The notes below the pieces were generated by a model. That model saw only the letters and a list, made by a program, of their open reading frames with translations, was not told where the DNA came from and made no database searches. The position numbers and the translations under genes were made by a program. A stretch of DNA of 64,000 nt, taken from contig OY969414.1 in NCBI GenBank assembly GCA_963699155.1, positions 747,757 to 811,756 of the forward strand, written 5' to 3'. Source of the stretch: an uncultured Chlamydiales bacterium (GTDB lineage: Bacteria; Chlamydiota; Chlamydiia; Chlamydiales; JAAKFR01). Of the stretch, positions 9,752 to 22,053 are shown piece after piece (within the stretch, counting starts at the first letter, position 1; every line of letters begins with the position of its first letter).

Positions 9752-11155
9752 ATGGTTCTGGTTCGATCGATTTCGTGGGTGTGCAAAGTTTTCTTGCTCG
9801 CGCTGTTGGTTTCTGGCTGTCAAGTGGGGCCTCGTTACCATCCTCCGGAAATGGTGGTTGCAGAGGGGTGGAAAGCGCCGCAGGGCATGATGCCTCTGCC
9901 ACAAGTGGCCTGTTGGTGGGAGATTTTTCAGGATCCGACGCTCGATCACTTGATCAAGCAGGCGATTTGCAATAATCCCTCGCTAGAGGCTGCGTCGCAG
10001 CGGATTGAGCAAGCAAGAGCGATGGCGCAAATGACAAAATCGCGCCTAGTTCCTCAGCTGAATTTTGATCCTTCAACGAGCAATAAACCGCTCCGTGTTC
10101 ATACTTTTGGGGCAACCAATACGCCACCACCCACTTTGATCAAAGATCACATTGCGAAGTATGCTTTACCCTTCACTCTACTCTATGAGTTTGATTTTTG
10201 GGGAAAATGGAGAAATCAATATAAAGCGGCCATTTTTAGAGCGGAAGCAGAATGGGAGGGCTACCAAACCGTATTATTATTTCTGACGACAGACCTTGCC
10301 AACCTCTACTTCCAGCTGCGAATTCAAGATGCCCAAATCGAGCTTTTTAGAAAGATTTTAGAAACACGCCACACCGCTTCCAATATTCAACAATCTAGAT
10401 ATAGCTTACAGCTTCGCAATTACTTAGATGTGAGTTTTTATCAATTGGATTATTCGACTATTGAGTCAGAGTATTTTGATGCGCTCAAGCAGCGCATGCT
10501 GATTGAAAATCAAATGGCTCTCTTGCTGGGTATTTCGCCCTCGGAATTCACTCAGGGTCCGTTGCCTCTGATGGAAAAGCCTCCACACATTCCGGCAACG
10601 CTTCCGGCAGCTGTATTGCTGCGTCGTCCTGATTTGGCAGAACAGGAGCGCCGGATGGCTGCCTTTCATGCAGAGATCAATGTGGCCTACGCCTCCTATT
10701 TGCCCTCTATTGATTTAGCAGCAACCTTTGCCTTTCTTTCGAACAATTTTGTGGAAACAATGAGAAATGTCTGGTCAATAGGAGGTAATCTCACACAAAT
10801 TTTTTTTGATGGGGGAGCCAGGCGTGCCAATGTCAAACTATTCACCGCAAAATTTAATGAAGCAGTTGCACTCTACCGGGAAATCGCTTTAACTGCATTT
10901 CAAGAGGTAGAGGATTCTCTTTCTTCTATCAAGTGGATTGAAAATGAAATGGATGCGATTGCAAATGGCATAAATGCGATGGAGACTGCTTCTCAAATTT
11001 CTTTAGATCGCTATACATTCGGCTTAGCTGACTATTTGGAAGTGGCTAACAACGAACGCCTCACTCTTGAGCAGCAGCGGCTCTATCTTCAGCTTCTGAG
11101 CCAGCTCTACCTGCACACGCTCCATTTGATTAAAGCGATTGGGGGAGGCTGGTAA
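9752..11155 (+). CDS. Efflux outer-membrane factor lipoprotein (NodT/OprM family)
   Basis: Lipobox LVSGC, WWEIFQDPTL, LLRRPDL, C-terminal KAIGGGW. Confidence 0.92.
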   Translation: MVLVRSISWVCKVFLLALLVSGCQVGPRYHPPEMVVAEGWKAPQGMMPLPQVACWWEIFQDPTLDHLIKQAICNNPSLEAASQRIEQARAMAQMTKSRLVPQLNFDPSTSNKPLRVHTFGATNTPPPTLIKDHIAKYALPFTLLYEFDFWGKWRNQYKAAIFRAEAEWEGYQTVLLFLTTDLANLYFQLRIQDAQIELFRKILETRHTASNIQQSRYSLQLRNYLDVSFYQLDYSTIESEYFDALKQRMLIENQMALLLGISPSEFTQGPLPLMEKPPHIPATLPAAVLLRRPDLAEQERRMAAFHAEINVAYASYLPSIDLAATFAFLSNNFVETMRNVWSIGGNLTQIFFDGGARRANVKLFTAKFNEAVALYREIALTAFQEVEDSLSSIKWIENEMDAIANGINAMETASQISLDRYTFGLADYLEVANNERLTLEQQRLYLQLLSQLYLHTLHLIKAIGGGW

Positions 11156-11161
11156 GTAGCG

Positions 11162-14100
11162 ATGTGGATTGTGAGATTAGCCCTCGCCAGACCCTATACC
11201 TTCGTCGTGGTCTCTCTTGGGATACTCCTCTTTGGCATCTGGTTTATGATCCGTATCCCTAAAGATATTTTCCCCAATATCAATACTCCTGTCGTCAGTG
11301 TGGTCTGGTCTTATCAAGGGATGACTGCAAAAGAGTTTGAAGAGAGGATTACCACGTTTAGTGAATTTTCCCTATCCAGCACTGTCAATGGAATCGAGCG
11401 CATCGAATCTCAAACACTCAACGGCCTCGCACTGATCCGCCTCTATTTTCATCCCGATATAGAAATTCAAACGGCTATGGCTCAAATCACAGCCACCTCT
11501 CAAGCCATCTTAAGGCGTCTGCCAGTCTCAATCACGCCTCCTGTGATTTTGCTCTATTCACCTTCAACGGTGCCGATTATCCAAGTGTTGATCTCCAGTG
11601 ATACCTTGTCAGAGCATCATCTCTACGATTATGCCTCATTCCGGCTTCGGCATTTAATCGCAACGATTCAAGGGCTAACCCTGCCTCCCCCTTTTGGCGG
11701 AAAGGTGTTGGAATTGATGGTAGACACCTATCCGGAGGCATTGCAAGCACGCGGGCTCTCTCCCGCTGACGTAAGTGCGGCCATCAATCGGCAAAATATC
11801 ATTATCCCCACAGGAGATGCAAAAATTGGAAAAATCGACTACTTCATGAATTCCAATAATACGCTCGAGAAGCCTGAAGATTATAATAATATCCCCATCA
11901 CCGTGAAGGATGGTAACTACATTTATCTGAGAGATGTGGGATTTGCCCATGAAGGGTTTCCTCCTCAAATCAACGTTGTACGCGATGAAGGAGATCGTGC
12001 CGTTCTGTTAACCCTGCTCAAAAATGGAAATAGCTCCATCTTAGAGATCATTAAAAAACTCAAAGAGCTTTTGCCTACCCTCAAAGCCGCAGCCCCTCCG
12101 GGAATTGAGATCGAACTGCGCGCGGACCAGTCGATCTTTGTCAAAGAGGCGATAGGAAACATATTTAAAGAGGGGCTTCTCGCCAGCCTGTTTGTAGGAA
12201 TTCTCATCTTATTCTTTTTAAGGAGTTGGATCCATACGGCGATCGTCTTCATCTCTATCCCTCTCTCTATTTTAGCGACCATTATTCTTTTGGATTGGAT
12301 GGGTCATTCTTTAAACTTGATGACCTTAGGAGGGCTGACCCTTGCCATAGGGATATTAGTCGATAATGCGACGATCACTGTCGAAAATATTCATCGCAAC
12401 CTCTCCTTAGGAAAACCTTTGAAAGAGGCAATCCTAGAGGGTTCGCATCAGATTGCACTTCCCTCTTTTGTCTCATCTCTTGCGATTTGCATCGTATTTC
12501 TGCCCATCGTCCTCTTAGTAGGCCCTGCTAAGCTTCTCTTTGTCCCCTTTGCCTATTCCGCAGCGATCGCTATTGCTATCTCCTATTTTCTCTCAAGGAC
12601 TCTGGTTCCGGTCATGATTCTCTATTTGTACAAAGAGAAGCAGTTCAAACCAGTCCCCATCTTTGATCGAGTACAAATAAAATATGAAAAAGCGCTTCAC
12701 TGGTCTTTGGAAAATCGAGCGATTCTCTGCATAGTTTCTGTGATGATTTTTTGTACTGTTTTTCTCTTATTCCCCTTTATTGGGACCGATTTTTTCCCCT
12801 CCTCAAATCCCTATCAGCTGAGGCTGCATGTCAGAGCGCCTCCAGGGACCCGTATAGAGGTCACGGAGCAAATTTTTAGTAGAGTCGAAGAGGAGATTAA
12901 AAAGGTCATTACCAGAGAGGAGATTGTGGCGATCTCAGATAATATTGGCACCAACCCCATCCCCTACACCTTGGCTTTTGGAGATAATGCCACCATTGGA
13001 ACTTGGGATGGGGAGATCCTCATCTCCCTGCGGCCCTCTGGAAGACACAAAGGGTCTTATTACAAAGAGCGATTGAGAAAACATCTCAATGAATCTTTTC
13101 CCGACTATGCCTTCTTTTTCCAACCTGCTGACATGATCAGCCAAATTCTCTATTTCGGGTTGCCAGCACCTATCGATGTCAAAGTGATCGGTTATGATAG
13201 TGCCAACAATTTAAAAGTCGCAGGGGAGTTAGTGGAGCGCATTGCACGCATTCCGGGAGCTGTCGATGTGCATCTGCATCAAGATGTTGATGTCCCCGAA
13301 TTATTTGTGAATGTCAATCGAGCTTTGCTTTCACAAGTGAATCTGGCGCAAGAGAATATCGCCCATAATTTATTGATCACCAATAGCGATAGCACTGTAG
13401 TCACGCCTAATTATTGGATCAATCGGAAAATGGGGCTTCCCTATCTCATCGCTGTCCAAACCCCAAAATATCGTGTCGACAGTTTGGAAGCATTGATGCG
13501 CACACCCATTTCTTATAATCTTCAGGAAAAAACAGCGGCTCTCTTAAGTAACTTTGCAACCCTAGAGCGCAGGACGACTCCCGGGGTAGTTAATCACTAT
13601 AATATTCAGCCTGTCTATGATATTTATGCCAATATTCAAGGAAGTGACTTAGGGAATGTCGCTGCAAAAATCGAGAAAATCATTGAAGAGCTGCAGCCTC
13701 AAATGGCCCCTGGTAATGAAATTCGCCTCAAGGGGATGGTGAGTACCATGAGAAGTTCTTTTACAATGTTAGGATTAGGACTCATTGCCAGCATTGTGTT
13801 GATCTACTTTATTTTGGTGATCAATTTTCAATCTTGGTTAGATCCGTTTATCATCATTTTTGCCCTTCCGGGTGCTCTAGCAGGAATTTTCTGGGCGCTC
13901 TTTTTGACACAAACCTCCATCAACATCTCTTCACTCATGGGAACCATTGTGGCCATGGGATTAGCCACTGCGAATAGTATTCTCGTCATTACCTTTGCCA
14001 ATCAAGAGCTCTTCCAAAAAAAATCTCCAAAAGAGGCGGCACTTTCTGCAGGAAAGACACGTCTTCGACCTATCTTGATGACCACCCTTGCGATGATTTT

Positions 14101-14272
14101 GGGAATGGTTCCCATGGCTTTAGGAATTGGAGCTGGAATGGAAGAGCAGGCTCCACTCGCAAGGGCCATGATTGGAGGACTCTTGTTAGCCACACTGTCG
14201 ACCCTATTTTTAGTCCCTGTTATCTTCTCCTATTTTCGAAAAGAGCCTAACCCTTATCTGGAGAATCGATGA
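11162..14272 (+). CDS. RND efflux permease (AcrB/CzcA superfamily)
   Basis: 1036 aa; GILVDNA, RLRPILMTTLA, PLARAMIGG. Confidence 0.95.
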   Translation: MWIVRLALARPYTFVVVSLGILLFGIWFMIRIPKDIFPNINTPVVSVVWSYQGMTAKEFEERITTFSEFSLSSTVNGIERIESQTLNGLALIRLYFHPDIEIQTAMAQITATSQAILRRLPVSITPPVILLYSPSTVPIIQVLISSDTLSEHHLYDYASFRLRHLIATIQGLTLPPPFGGKVLELMVDTYPEALQARGLSPADVSAAINRQNIIIPTGDAKIGKIDYFMNSNNTLEKPEDYNNIPITVKDGNYIYLRDVGFAHEGFPPQINVVRDEGDRAVLLTLLKNGNSSILEIIKKLKELLPTLKAAAPPGIEIELRADQSIFVKEAIGNIFKEGLLASLFVGILILFFLRSWIHTAIVFISIPLSILATIILLDWMGHSLNLMTLGGLTLAIGILVDNATITVENIHRNLSLGKPLKEAILEGSHQIALPSFVSSLAICIVFLPIVLLVGPAKLLFVPFAYSAAIAIAISYFLSRTLVPVMILYLYKEKQFKPVPIFDRVQIKYEKALHWSLENRAILCIVSVMIFCTVFLLFPFIGTDFFPSSNPYQLRLHVRAPPGTRIEVTEQIFSRVEEEIKKVITREEIVAISDNIGTNPIPYTLAFGDNATIGTWDGEILISLRPSGRHKGSYYKERLRKHLNESFPDYAFFFQPADMISQILYFGLPAPIDVKVIGYDSANNLKVAGELVERIARIPGAVDVHLHQDVDVPELFVNVNRALLSQVNLAQENIAHNLLITNSDSTVVTPNYWINRKMGLPYLIAVQTPKYRVDSLEALMRTPISYNLQEKTAALLSNFATLERRTTPGVVNHYNIQPVYDIYANIQGSDLGNVAAKIEKIIEELQPQMAPGNEIRLKGMVSTMRSSFTMLGLGLIASIVLIYFILVINFQSWLDPFIIIFALPGALAGIFWALFLTQTSINISSLMGTIVAMGLATANSILVITFANQELFQKKSPKEAALSAGKTRLRPILMTTLAMILGMVPMALGIGAGMEEQAPLARAMIGGLLLATLSTLFLVPVIFSYFRKEPNPYLENR

Positions 14273-15396
14273 GTAAGAAAAAATGGGTGGTTCCCTGTCT
14301 CATATTCTTTATCCTGACTGGCCTCTTTACCCCTTTCTATCTTCTCCATCTCAGACGTGTCGATCATACGATTGCCTTTTCAAGAGATGAAGAGAGTCCT
14401 CCTTCCATGCGCACGCTCGTTGTTCACCATGACAAAAGAGAGATCGAGCTCATACTGCCTAGTTTTTTGGATGCCATCAATATCACCCCTATTTTGTCGC
14501 GGACAAATGGTTATCTGGCTGCCTGGTATGTCGATATTGGAGATAGAGTCAAGGAGGGGGACTTACTCGCGACTATCGAAACTCCTGATATCGATCAAGA
14601 GCTGATCCAAGCGGAGGGCGATTTAAGAGCCGCTCTCTATAAAGAAAATATCAGACGCGTTACCGCTGAACGAGGAACGAAATTGTATGCACACAATCCC
14701 GAAGCCATTTCAAAAGAAGAGCTCGACCTGATGATTGCCGCTCACGACCAAGCTCGTGCCGATAGAGAGAGCGCAGAAGGGCGTGTGGGGCAATATAAAT
14801 ACTTGCAGGGATTTAAAAATCTCTATGCTCCTTTTGATGGCACGATCATTGAAAGAGGAATCGATATTGGATCGCTGATTACTGCTGGCAGCAACAGCTA
14901 TGCCCAAAGGATCTTTCAAATTGCCAAATCAGATCTCTTGCGTGCCTTTGTCAGTGTTCCACAAAGTTATTTCCATTTAATCAAAGATGGAGTGGAGGCC
15001 GAGGTGCATGTCCCTCAATTTCCTCAGAAACTATTTATCGGAAAGATCGACCGCAATGCTAGGGCACTCGACCCCAGGGCCCGCACACTGCTGACTCAAG
15101 TCAATATCGACAATCCAAATGGAGAACTTCTTCCTGGGCTTTATGCAGAGGTCAAATTTAAATTTCCCTCACAACAAAATACATTTCTCGTTCCACTCGA
15201 AGCAGTCATGATCCGCTCAGGGCCTCCCTGTGTGGCAAAGCTTGATACGCAAAACAAAGTTCATTTTCAGGAGGTCAAAATTGGAAGGGATTTTGGTACT
15301 CAGTTTGAGATCATTGATGGTCTATCGGATGGGGATGAGATCCTCGCCCGTGTGAATGATCGAGTGAAAGAAGGAATGGAAATTAAGCGCATCTGA
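14269..15396 (+). CDS. RND periplasmic adaptor (membrane fusion protein)
   Basis: VDIGDRVKEGDLL, APFDG, LLPGLYA motifs; N-terminal TM segment. Confidence 0.93.
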   Translation: MSKKKWVVPCLIFFILTGLFTPFYLLHLRRVDHTIAFSRDEESPPSMRTLVVHHDKREIELILPSFLDAINITPILSRTNGYLAAWYVDIGDRVKEGDLLATIETPDIDQELIQAEGDLRAALYKENIRRVTAERGTKLYAHNPEAISKEELDLMIAAHDQARADRESAEGRVGQYKYLQGFKNLYAPFDGTIIERGIDIGSLITAGSNSYAQRIFQIAKSDLLRAFVSVPQSYFHLIKDGVEAEVHVPQFPQKLFIGKIDRNARALDPRARTLLTQVNIDNPNGELLPGLYAEVKFKFPSQQNTFLVPLEAVMIRSGPPCVAKLDTQNKVHFQEVKIGRDFGTQFEIIDGLSDGDEILARVNDRVKEGMEIKRI

Positions 15397-16232
15397 TGGT
15401 TCATTGGCTTTTTTCAGTACTCCTTTTTGTGATTTCTTATTTTGCGGGCATTGTGGGGGCTTTAACCGGATTGGGGGGAGGGGTCATCATTATCCCCGCT
15501 CTTGTTCTGCTTCTCAAGGTGGATATCCACTATGCGATGGGAGCTTCTCTTATTTCCGTGATAGCGACCTCCAGCGGATCATCCATAGCCTATCTGAAAC
15601 AGGGATACACCAACTTAAAAGTTGGCATTTTCCTGGAGAGCGGTGCTGTTTTGGGTGCCCTTTTAGGAGCCTATCTTGTCGCCTTTGTCTCCACCTCTCT
15701 CATTTCCATTTTATTGGGAGTGGTTCTCATTTTTGCTGCTTTTTTTTCGATCAAAAAGAAAGAAAATGGTGGCAAAGAAAAAAAATCGCATCCCTGGGCG
15801 ATTGCTCTTAAAATGGAAGGTGAGTACCCGACAGAGGAGGGGTTTAAATCTTATGCTATCCAGCGCGTTCCTCTGGGACTCTCCTTGCTGACCTTTGCAG
15901 GATTTATGTCAGGACTGCTGGGCATCGGCGCCGGATCGTTAAAGGTGTTGGCAATGGACAAAGTGATGGACCTTCCCTATAAAGTTTCCACAGCGACAAG
16001 TAATTTTATCATCGGCATCACGGCCGCGGTGAGCTGTGGCATCTATCTTGCGCGCGGCTATATTGAGCCCATTATCACCTTTCCAGTGCTTTTAGGGGTC
16101 GTTTTAGGTAGCTTTTCGGGTTCTAAATTTTTAGAAAAAATAAAAAGCAAGTGGTTGCGCCTGATTTTTGCAATCGTCATCGCAGTGGTCGCCGTGGAGT
16201 TAATTTATAAGGGAATCACTGGAGGAATATGA
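15396..16232 (+). CDS. TauE/SafE (TSUP) family exporter
   Basis: GALTGLGGG, SGLLGIGAG, ATSNF motifs; polytopic membrane protein. Confidence 0.9.
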   Translation: MVHWLFSVLLFVISYFAGIVGALTGLGGGVIIIPALVLLLKVDIHYAMGASLISVIATSSGSSIAYLKQGYTNLKVGIFLESGAVLGALLGAYLVAFVSTSLISILLGVVLIFAAFFSIKKKENGGKEKKSHPWAIALKMEGEYPTEEGFKSYAIQRVPLGLSLLTFAGFMSGLLGIGAGSLKVLAMDKVMDLPYKVSTATSNFIIGITAAVSCGIYLARGYIEPIITFPVLLGVVLGSFSGSKFLEKIKSKWLRLIFAIVIAVVAVELIYKGITGGI

Positions 16233-16507
16233 ATGACCGGTTTAAGTTAATGATCGGTTACCTATTTTCTCTCGGCCTGCTGATCTCTCTGTTACTCACC
16301 GCGAGCGGTGGGATCTATTATCTCATTAAAGAGGGGAGTGCCCTCGCTATCAGCCTGATTCAAATGGGCATTCTTACTCTCATCCTGACGCAAATTTTGC
16401 GTGTCTTCCTCGTGGGCTTATATTATTGGAAAAAGCACGATTTCAAATTTGTCTTCTTTAGTTTTTTCATCTTTGGAATTCTTCTGCTCTCTTTTTGGCT
16501 GCGATAA
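16229..16507 (+). CDS. DUF1634-like small membrane protein
   Basis: Three TM segments, IQMGILTLILTQILRV; typical position downstream of TauE/SafE. Confidence 0.65.
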   Translation: MNDRFKLMIGYLFSLGLLISLLLTASGGIYYLIKEGSALAISLIQMGILTLILTQILRVFLVGLYYWKKHDFKFVFFSFFIFGILLLSFWLR

Positions 16508-17240
16508 AAGCCTCCATAATGGCGTGACGAAGCCCTGCGGCTTCTAGAGCTCGGATGCCGGCGATAGTGGTCCCTGCAGGCGAGCAAGTTTTCCAGCGCA
16601 GTTCTGCAGGTGAATCGGGAGATTCATAGAGGAGGGTTAGAGCCCCGCCGACCATCTGTTTCACCAATTCATAACCGGCATCAGAGGAAAAGCCTAAAGC
16701 GATCGCAGCGTCGACCATCGCTTCAACCATTGTAAAGACAAAGGCAGGTCCTGAGCCGGTGAGGGAGGTGACAGCGTTGAAGAGTGATTCATCGATCCAG
16801 CGGAGCATGCCGAGCGGAGAGAAGATCTCTTCGATTCTCGCTTTGAATGGGGCCAGAGCCTCATCTTCGGCCAAAGCCACGATTCCATCTCCATAGCAGA
16901 CAGCCAAATTGGGCATCATTCGCAAGACAGTACATTGAGGAAAAGCCTCTTTGAGCCTTTGTGTGGAGATGCCTGTAAGAATACTGACCATCAATCCAGA
17001 AAAAGGTTGAAGCTCTGTTTTGACCTTCTCAAAGTCTTGCGGTTTGACCGCTAAGAGAATGCCATCGCCCTGATCAAGGCCCTCAAGGGGAGACTGACTC
17101 GAGGGCGCCCCAATGGCACGTGCTAATGCATCCGATTTTTCAGGGTGCTTGTCATATACAGAAATTTCTTTACCCGCTTCCTGTAGGGTTTGGGCGATCG
17201 CAGAACCCATCGCGCCTGAGCCAATGATTCGGATTTTCAT
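16467..17240 (-). CDS. proC: Pyrroline-5-carboxylate reductase
   Basis: IIGSGAMG, LAVKPQ, RMMPN, GSGPAF, SPAGTT. Confidence 0.96.
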   Translation of the reverse strand: MKIRIIGSGAMGSAIAQTLQEAGKEISVYDKHPEKSDALARAIGAPSSQSPLEGLDQGDGILLAVKPQDFEKVKTELQPFSGLMVSILTGISTQRLKEAFPQCTVLRMMPNLAVCYGDGIVALAEDEALAPFKARIEEIFSPLGMLRWIDESLFNAVTSLTGSGPAFVFTMVEAMVDAAIALGFSSDAGYELVKQMVGGALTLLYESPDSPAELRWKTCSPAGTTIAGIRALEAAGLRHAIMEAFIAAKKRAEEFQR

Positions 17241-17288
17241 AAGACCATAAGTTATATTTGATCTTCCTGAAGCTACCAGAACTTTCCA

Positions 17289-17318
17289 TTGACGTCTATT
17301 CCCTCTGTTAGCTATAGT
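17289..17318 (+). promoter_or_regulatory. Putative sigma70-type promoter of rplU-rpmA
   Basis: TTGACG-18 nt-TATAGT ending 27 bp upstream of the rplU start. Confidence 0.55.
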
Positions 17319-17345
17319 TGAAACTCATTTTAACTGGATAAAAAA

Positions 17346-17660
17346 ATGGCTAACACCGCAATTATTAGACTTGGAAGTAAGCAGTATCAAGTTGCTGAAG
17401 GGGATCTGCTCGACATCGACCTCATGGAGGGCGAAAAAGGGAGCAAAATCCAATTTAAAGATGTATTATTCGTGCAGAATGAGAAAGGAAGTAAAGCAGG
17501 CGCCCCTCTCGTTTCTGGTGCGGTTGTCCACGCAGAAGTGGTCGATCATGTGCGAGGGCCCAAGGTGATTGCTTATAAATACAAGTTGCGCCAAAGAAGT
17601 ACACGCCGCAAAGTCGGCCACCGTCAACATTACACACGCGTAAGAATTACTGAGGTATAA
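17346..17660 (+). CDS. rplU: 50S ribosomal protein L21
   Basis: [18 protein letters not shown]. Confidence 0.98.
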   Translation: MANTAIIRLGSKQYQVAEGDLLDIDLMEGEKGSKIQFKDVLFVQNEKGSKAGAPLVSGAVVHAEVVDHVRGPKVIAYKYKLRQRSTRRKVGHRQHYTRVRITEV

Positions 17661-17662
17661 TC

Positions 17663-17911
17663 ATGGCACATAAGAAAGGTCAGGGTTCGACACGAAACGG
17701 CCGAGATTCAGCAGCACAACGGTTAGGTGTGAAGGTAGGAGCGGGAGAATTTGTGAAGGCGGGCAGCATTCTTGTCCGCCAGCGAGGAACAAAGTGGCAT
17801 CCTGCAAAAAATGTCCGTCGAGGCAGTGATGATACACTCTTTTCGATGGTCGATGGAATCGTCTCTTTCCGCAAAGCTGATAAAACCTTCGTCTCGGTCA
17901 GCCCCGCCTAA
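17663..17911 (+). CDS. rpmA: 50S ribosomal protein L27
   Basis: [16 protein letters not shown]. Confidence 0.99.
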   Translation: MAHKKGQGSTRNGRDSAAQRLGVKVGAGEFVKAGSILVRQRGTKWHPAKNVRRGSDDTLFSMVDGIVSFRKADKTFVSVSPA

Positions 17912-17963
17912 ATAAAATAAAAAAACAGAACGTGCCCGTAGGCGTGCCCATGACCAACTCTAA

Positions 17964-19788
<1,825 letters not shown>

Positions 19789-19792
<4 letters not shown>

Positions 19793-20511
19793 GATCTCTC
19801 CTTTCCGATTTTAAGTGGCGAGTGATAGAGCCCCATCGCAAAATGCTCGCACACCTTCTCTGGGGCCATTTCCAGCAGTTTTTTTTGTACGCAGAAAACC
19901 TTGTCAACATGTTCTACAGCAGTGTTGAGATCGTGCGTGACCATGAGAACCGTGATCTCTCCTTTCAGAGAGGTCAACAACCTATAAATTTCAATCTGAG
20001 CCGCATAATCGACACTTGCTGTGGGCTCGTCTAGCAAAAGAAGAGAGGGTTTACCGGCCAAAGCTCTTGCGATGAGCACTCTTTGGGCCTGTCCCCCTGA
20101 TAAAGAGGCGAATGAGGCATTGATGAATTTTTCCATTCCTACCTGTTTTAGTCCCTCAATAGCTGCAGAATGGTCGTCAGGGCTAAATGTGCCATGCCAG
20201 GAGAGGTGGGCGAGCCTTCCTCCAAGAACTACCTCCTCAACCGAGATAGGAAAGTGACGATCGAAGTGGAATACTTGCGGCACCCAACCTATTTTGGAGC
20301 GAGCTTCCACAGGATTTTTGCCCAAAATCTCGATAGAGCCCTTCATGGGCTTCAGAAAGCCCATCAGGAGGGCAAGTAGGGTCGTTTTTCCACCCCCATT
20401 AGGCCCAAAAATGCCGACAAACTCACCCGACCGCACCCTAAAGGAAATATCGGATAAAACCTCGCCTGAAGGGTAGGCAAAGGAGAGATGGTCAACAACG
20501 ATGACACTCAT
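19789..20511 (-). CDS. Zn/Mn ABC transporter ATPase (ZnuC-like)
   Basis: GPNGGGKTT, LSGGQ, LLLDEP. Confidence 0.93.
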
Positions 20512-21320
20512 AGCCCGGAAAAGCGCTCAGCAATCTGACGGATATTGGCCAGAACATTTTCTTCGTAAGGGTCGAGGAAGAGCGTTTGAGCTCCTAGCTC
20601 CTCTGCGATCCGCTTTCCCCCTTTGGGATTATGCTGCTGCTGCAAAAAGACCTTCTTGATGCCGCCGGCACGTGCTTTTTCAATCAAAGCGGTGATATAG
20701 CGAGGCGTAGGCTCTCTCCCCTCCATTTCGATCGAGAGCTGCTCTAGCCCATAATCGCGGCAGAGATAGCCAAAGGCAGGATGAGAGACTAAAACCATCC
20801 TCTGTTTAGAAGGGAGTAAGAGCGCTACACAGGCGTGATCCAAACGGTCGCACTCCTCTTGAAATTCCGCCAAATTCTTCTGAAATAGATCCCCATGCTC
20901 AGGATCGAGCTCTTTTAAAACAGTCGCGATCTGCTCTGCTTGGTGCTTCAACATACGGAAACTCAGCCAGATGTGAGGGTCGTGTGCATCATGATTACAA
21001 CAGCCACAGCCTGCTTGAATCAGATCGAGCCCCTCCCTTTGATCGACAATCTTGAGTTGGCTCATCGCAGAGAGCAGTCGATTTTCAAAACTCTCCCCAA
21101 TTCGGAACCAGACATCTCCCTTTTGCGTCTCCAGCATCTGTTTGGTCGATGGCTCATAGGTGTGCGAATTAGCTCCCGGTGGAACAACCACCTCAACGGC
21201 GACCCACTCACCCCCCACTCTCTCTACAACATATTTTTGAGGAGCAATGCTGACAAAAACCCGAGTTTGGCCATAAAGGCCACCCATAAAGAGTAAAACT
21301 ACCAATAAAAATTTACACAT
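20508..21320 (-). CDS. Zn/Mn ABC substrate-binding protein (ZnuA/AdcA-like)
   Basis: SHTYEP, DPHIW, HPAFGY motifs. Confidence 0.92.
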   Translation of the reverse strand: MCKFLLVVLLFMGGLYGQTRVFVSIAPQKYVVERVGGEWVAVEVVVPPGANSHTYEPSTKQMLETQKGDVWFRIGESFENRLLSAMSQLKIVDQREGLDLIQAGCGCCNHDAHDPHIWLSFRMLKHQAEQIATVLKELDPEHGDLFQKNLAEFQEECDRLDHACVALLLPSKQRMVLVSHPAFGYLCRDYGLEQLSIEMEGREPTPRYITALIEKARAGGIKKVFLQQQHNPKGGKRIAEELGAQTLFLDPYEENVLANIRQIAERFSGL

Positions 21321-21350
21321 GAGGTAACCATTTTATCCTCAGGATTTTTT

Positions 21351-21385
21351 CTTTACAACAAAGATATCTCGAATAAAAATCTCTC
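21351..21385 (+). promoter_or_regulatory. Duplicated 35-bp promoter-like block, copy 1
   Basis: CTTTACAACAAAGATATCTCGAATAAAAATCTCTC is identical at 21671..21705; both copies precede a GGAGG site and an ATG. Confidence 0.7.
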
Positions 21386-21412
21386 GCTTTCTCATCCAAC
21401 TTTGGAGGAACT

Positions 21413-21625
21413 ATGTCAATCAGATATCTAAATGCACAATCTAAAGTAACCCATGCTGAAGCAGAGGTACTGGCGTTAGAAAATAAATTGAGCAGAGAAA
21501 GTGACTGGGAGAAGATCAGCGATCTTTGCGAGAGAATCAAGAGTGCCAGAAAAGTGTTAGAGAGCACCATCGCGCTGCGTGATCTAATGGCAGAAAACGA
21601 TAGAAAATGGGGGACAAATCGCTGA
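21413..21625 (+). CDS. Small coiled-coil hypothetical protein
   Basis: GGAGG Shine-Dalgarno upstream, helical charged composition. Confidence 0.7.
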   Translation: MSIRYLNAQSKVTHAEAEVLALENKLSRESDWEKISDLCERIKSARKVLESTIALRDLMAENDRKWGTNR

Positions 21626-21670
21626 TAAAAAAATTTGCATTTCAGAGAGCCATCTACCCTCAGGATTTCC

Positions 21671-21705
21671 CTTTACAACAAAGATATCTCGAATAAAAAT
21701 CTCTC
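21671..21705 (+). promoter_or_regulatory. Duplicated 35-bp promoter-like block, copy 2
   Basis: Identical to 21351..21385. Confidence 0.7.
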
Positions 21706-21730
21706 TTTTTAATTCGTTCCATGGAGGGTT

Positions 21731-22045
21731 ATGGCAATTTCTAGTTTCGCAGATGCACAAGCACGGGTAGCAGCTATGGATAGCTTTTCCGCCAGCGAAG
21801 CACAAAGCTATGCAGATCGAGTCTTCAGTCCTGTCAGAACCTATGTGGAAAAGAGCGTCCCCTGTTATGCGCCAAGGCCCTCTCCTGCGCCACAAAGAGC
21901 TGGTATGCCAAGACCGCAAGCCGAACATACAAGTCAGGTCTATCACCGTTCTCAATCTGCAAGCCATAGACCAGCTCAGGGCTACCAAACAGGCTCTTCG
22001 CAAACGGCATATACAGGAAGAGGCGGGGCAATACCTGGAAGATAG
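21731..22045 (+). CDS. Hypothetical protein, Ser/Pro/Gln/Arg-rich and likely disordered
   Basis: GGAGG SD upstream; ends 8 bp before the next ATG. Confidence 0.55.
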   Translation: MAISSFADAQARVAAMDSFSASEAQSYADRVFSPVRTYVEKSVPCYAPRPSPAPQRAGMPRPQAEHTSQVYHRSQSASHRPAQGYQTGSSQTAYTGRGGAIPGR

Positions 22046-22053
22046 GGAAAACA

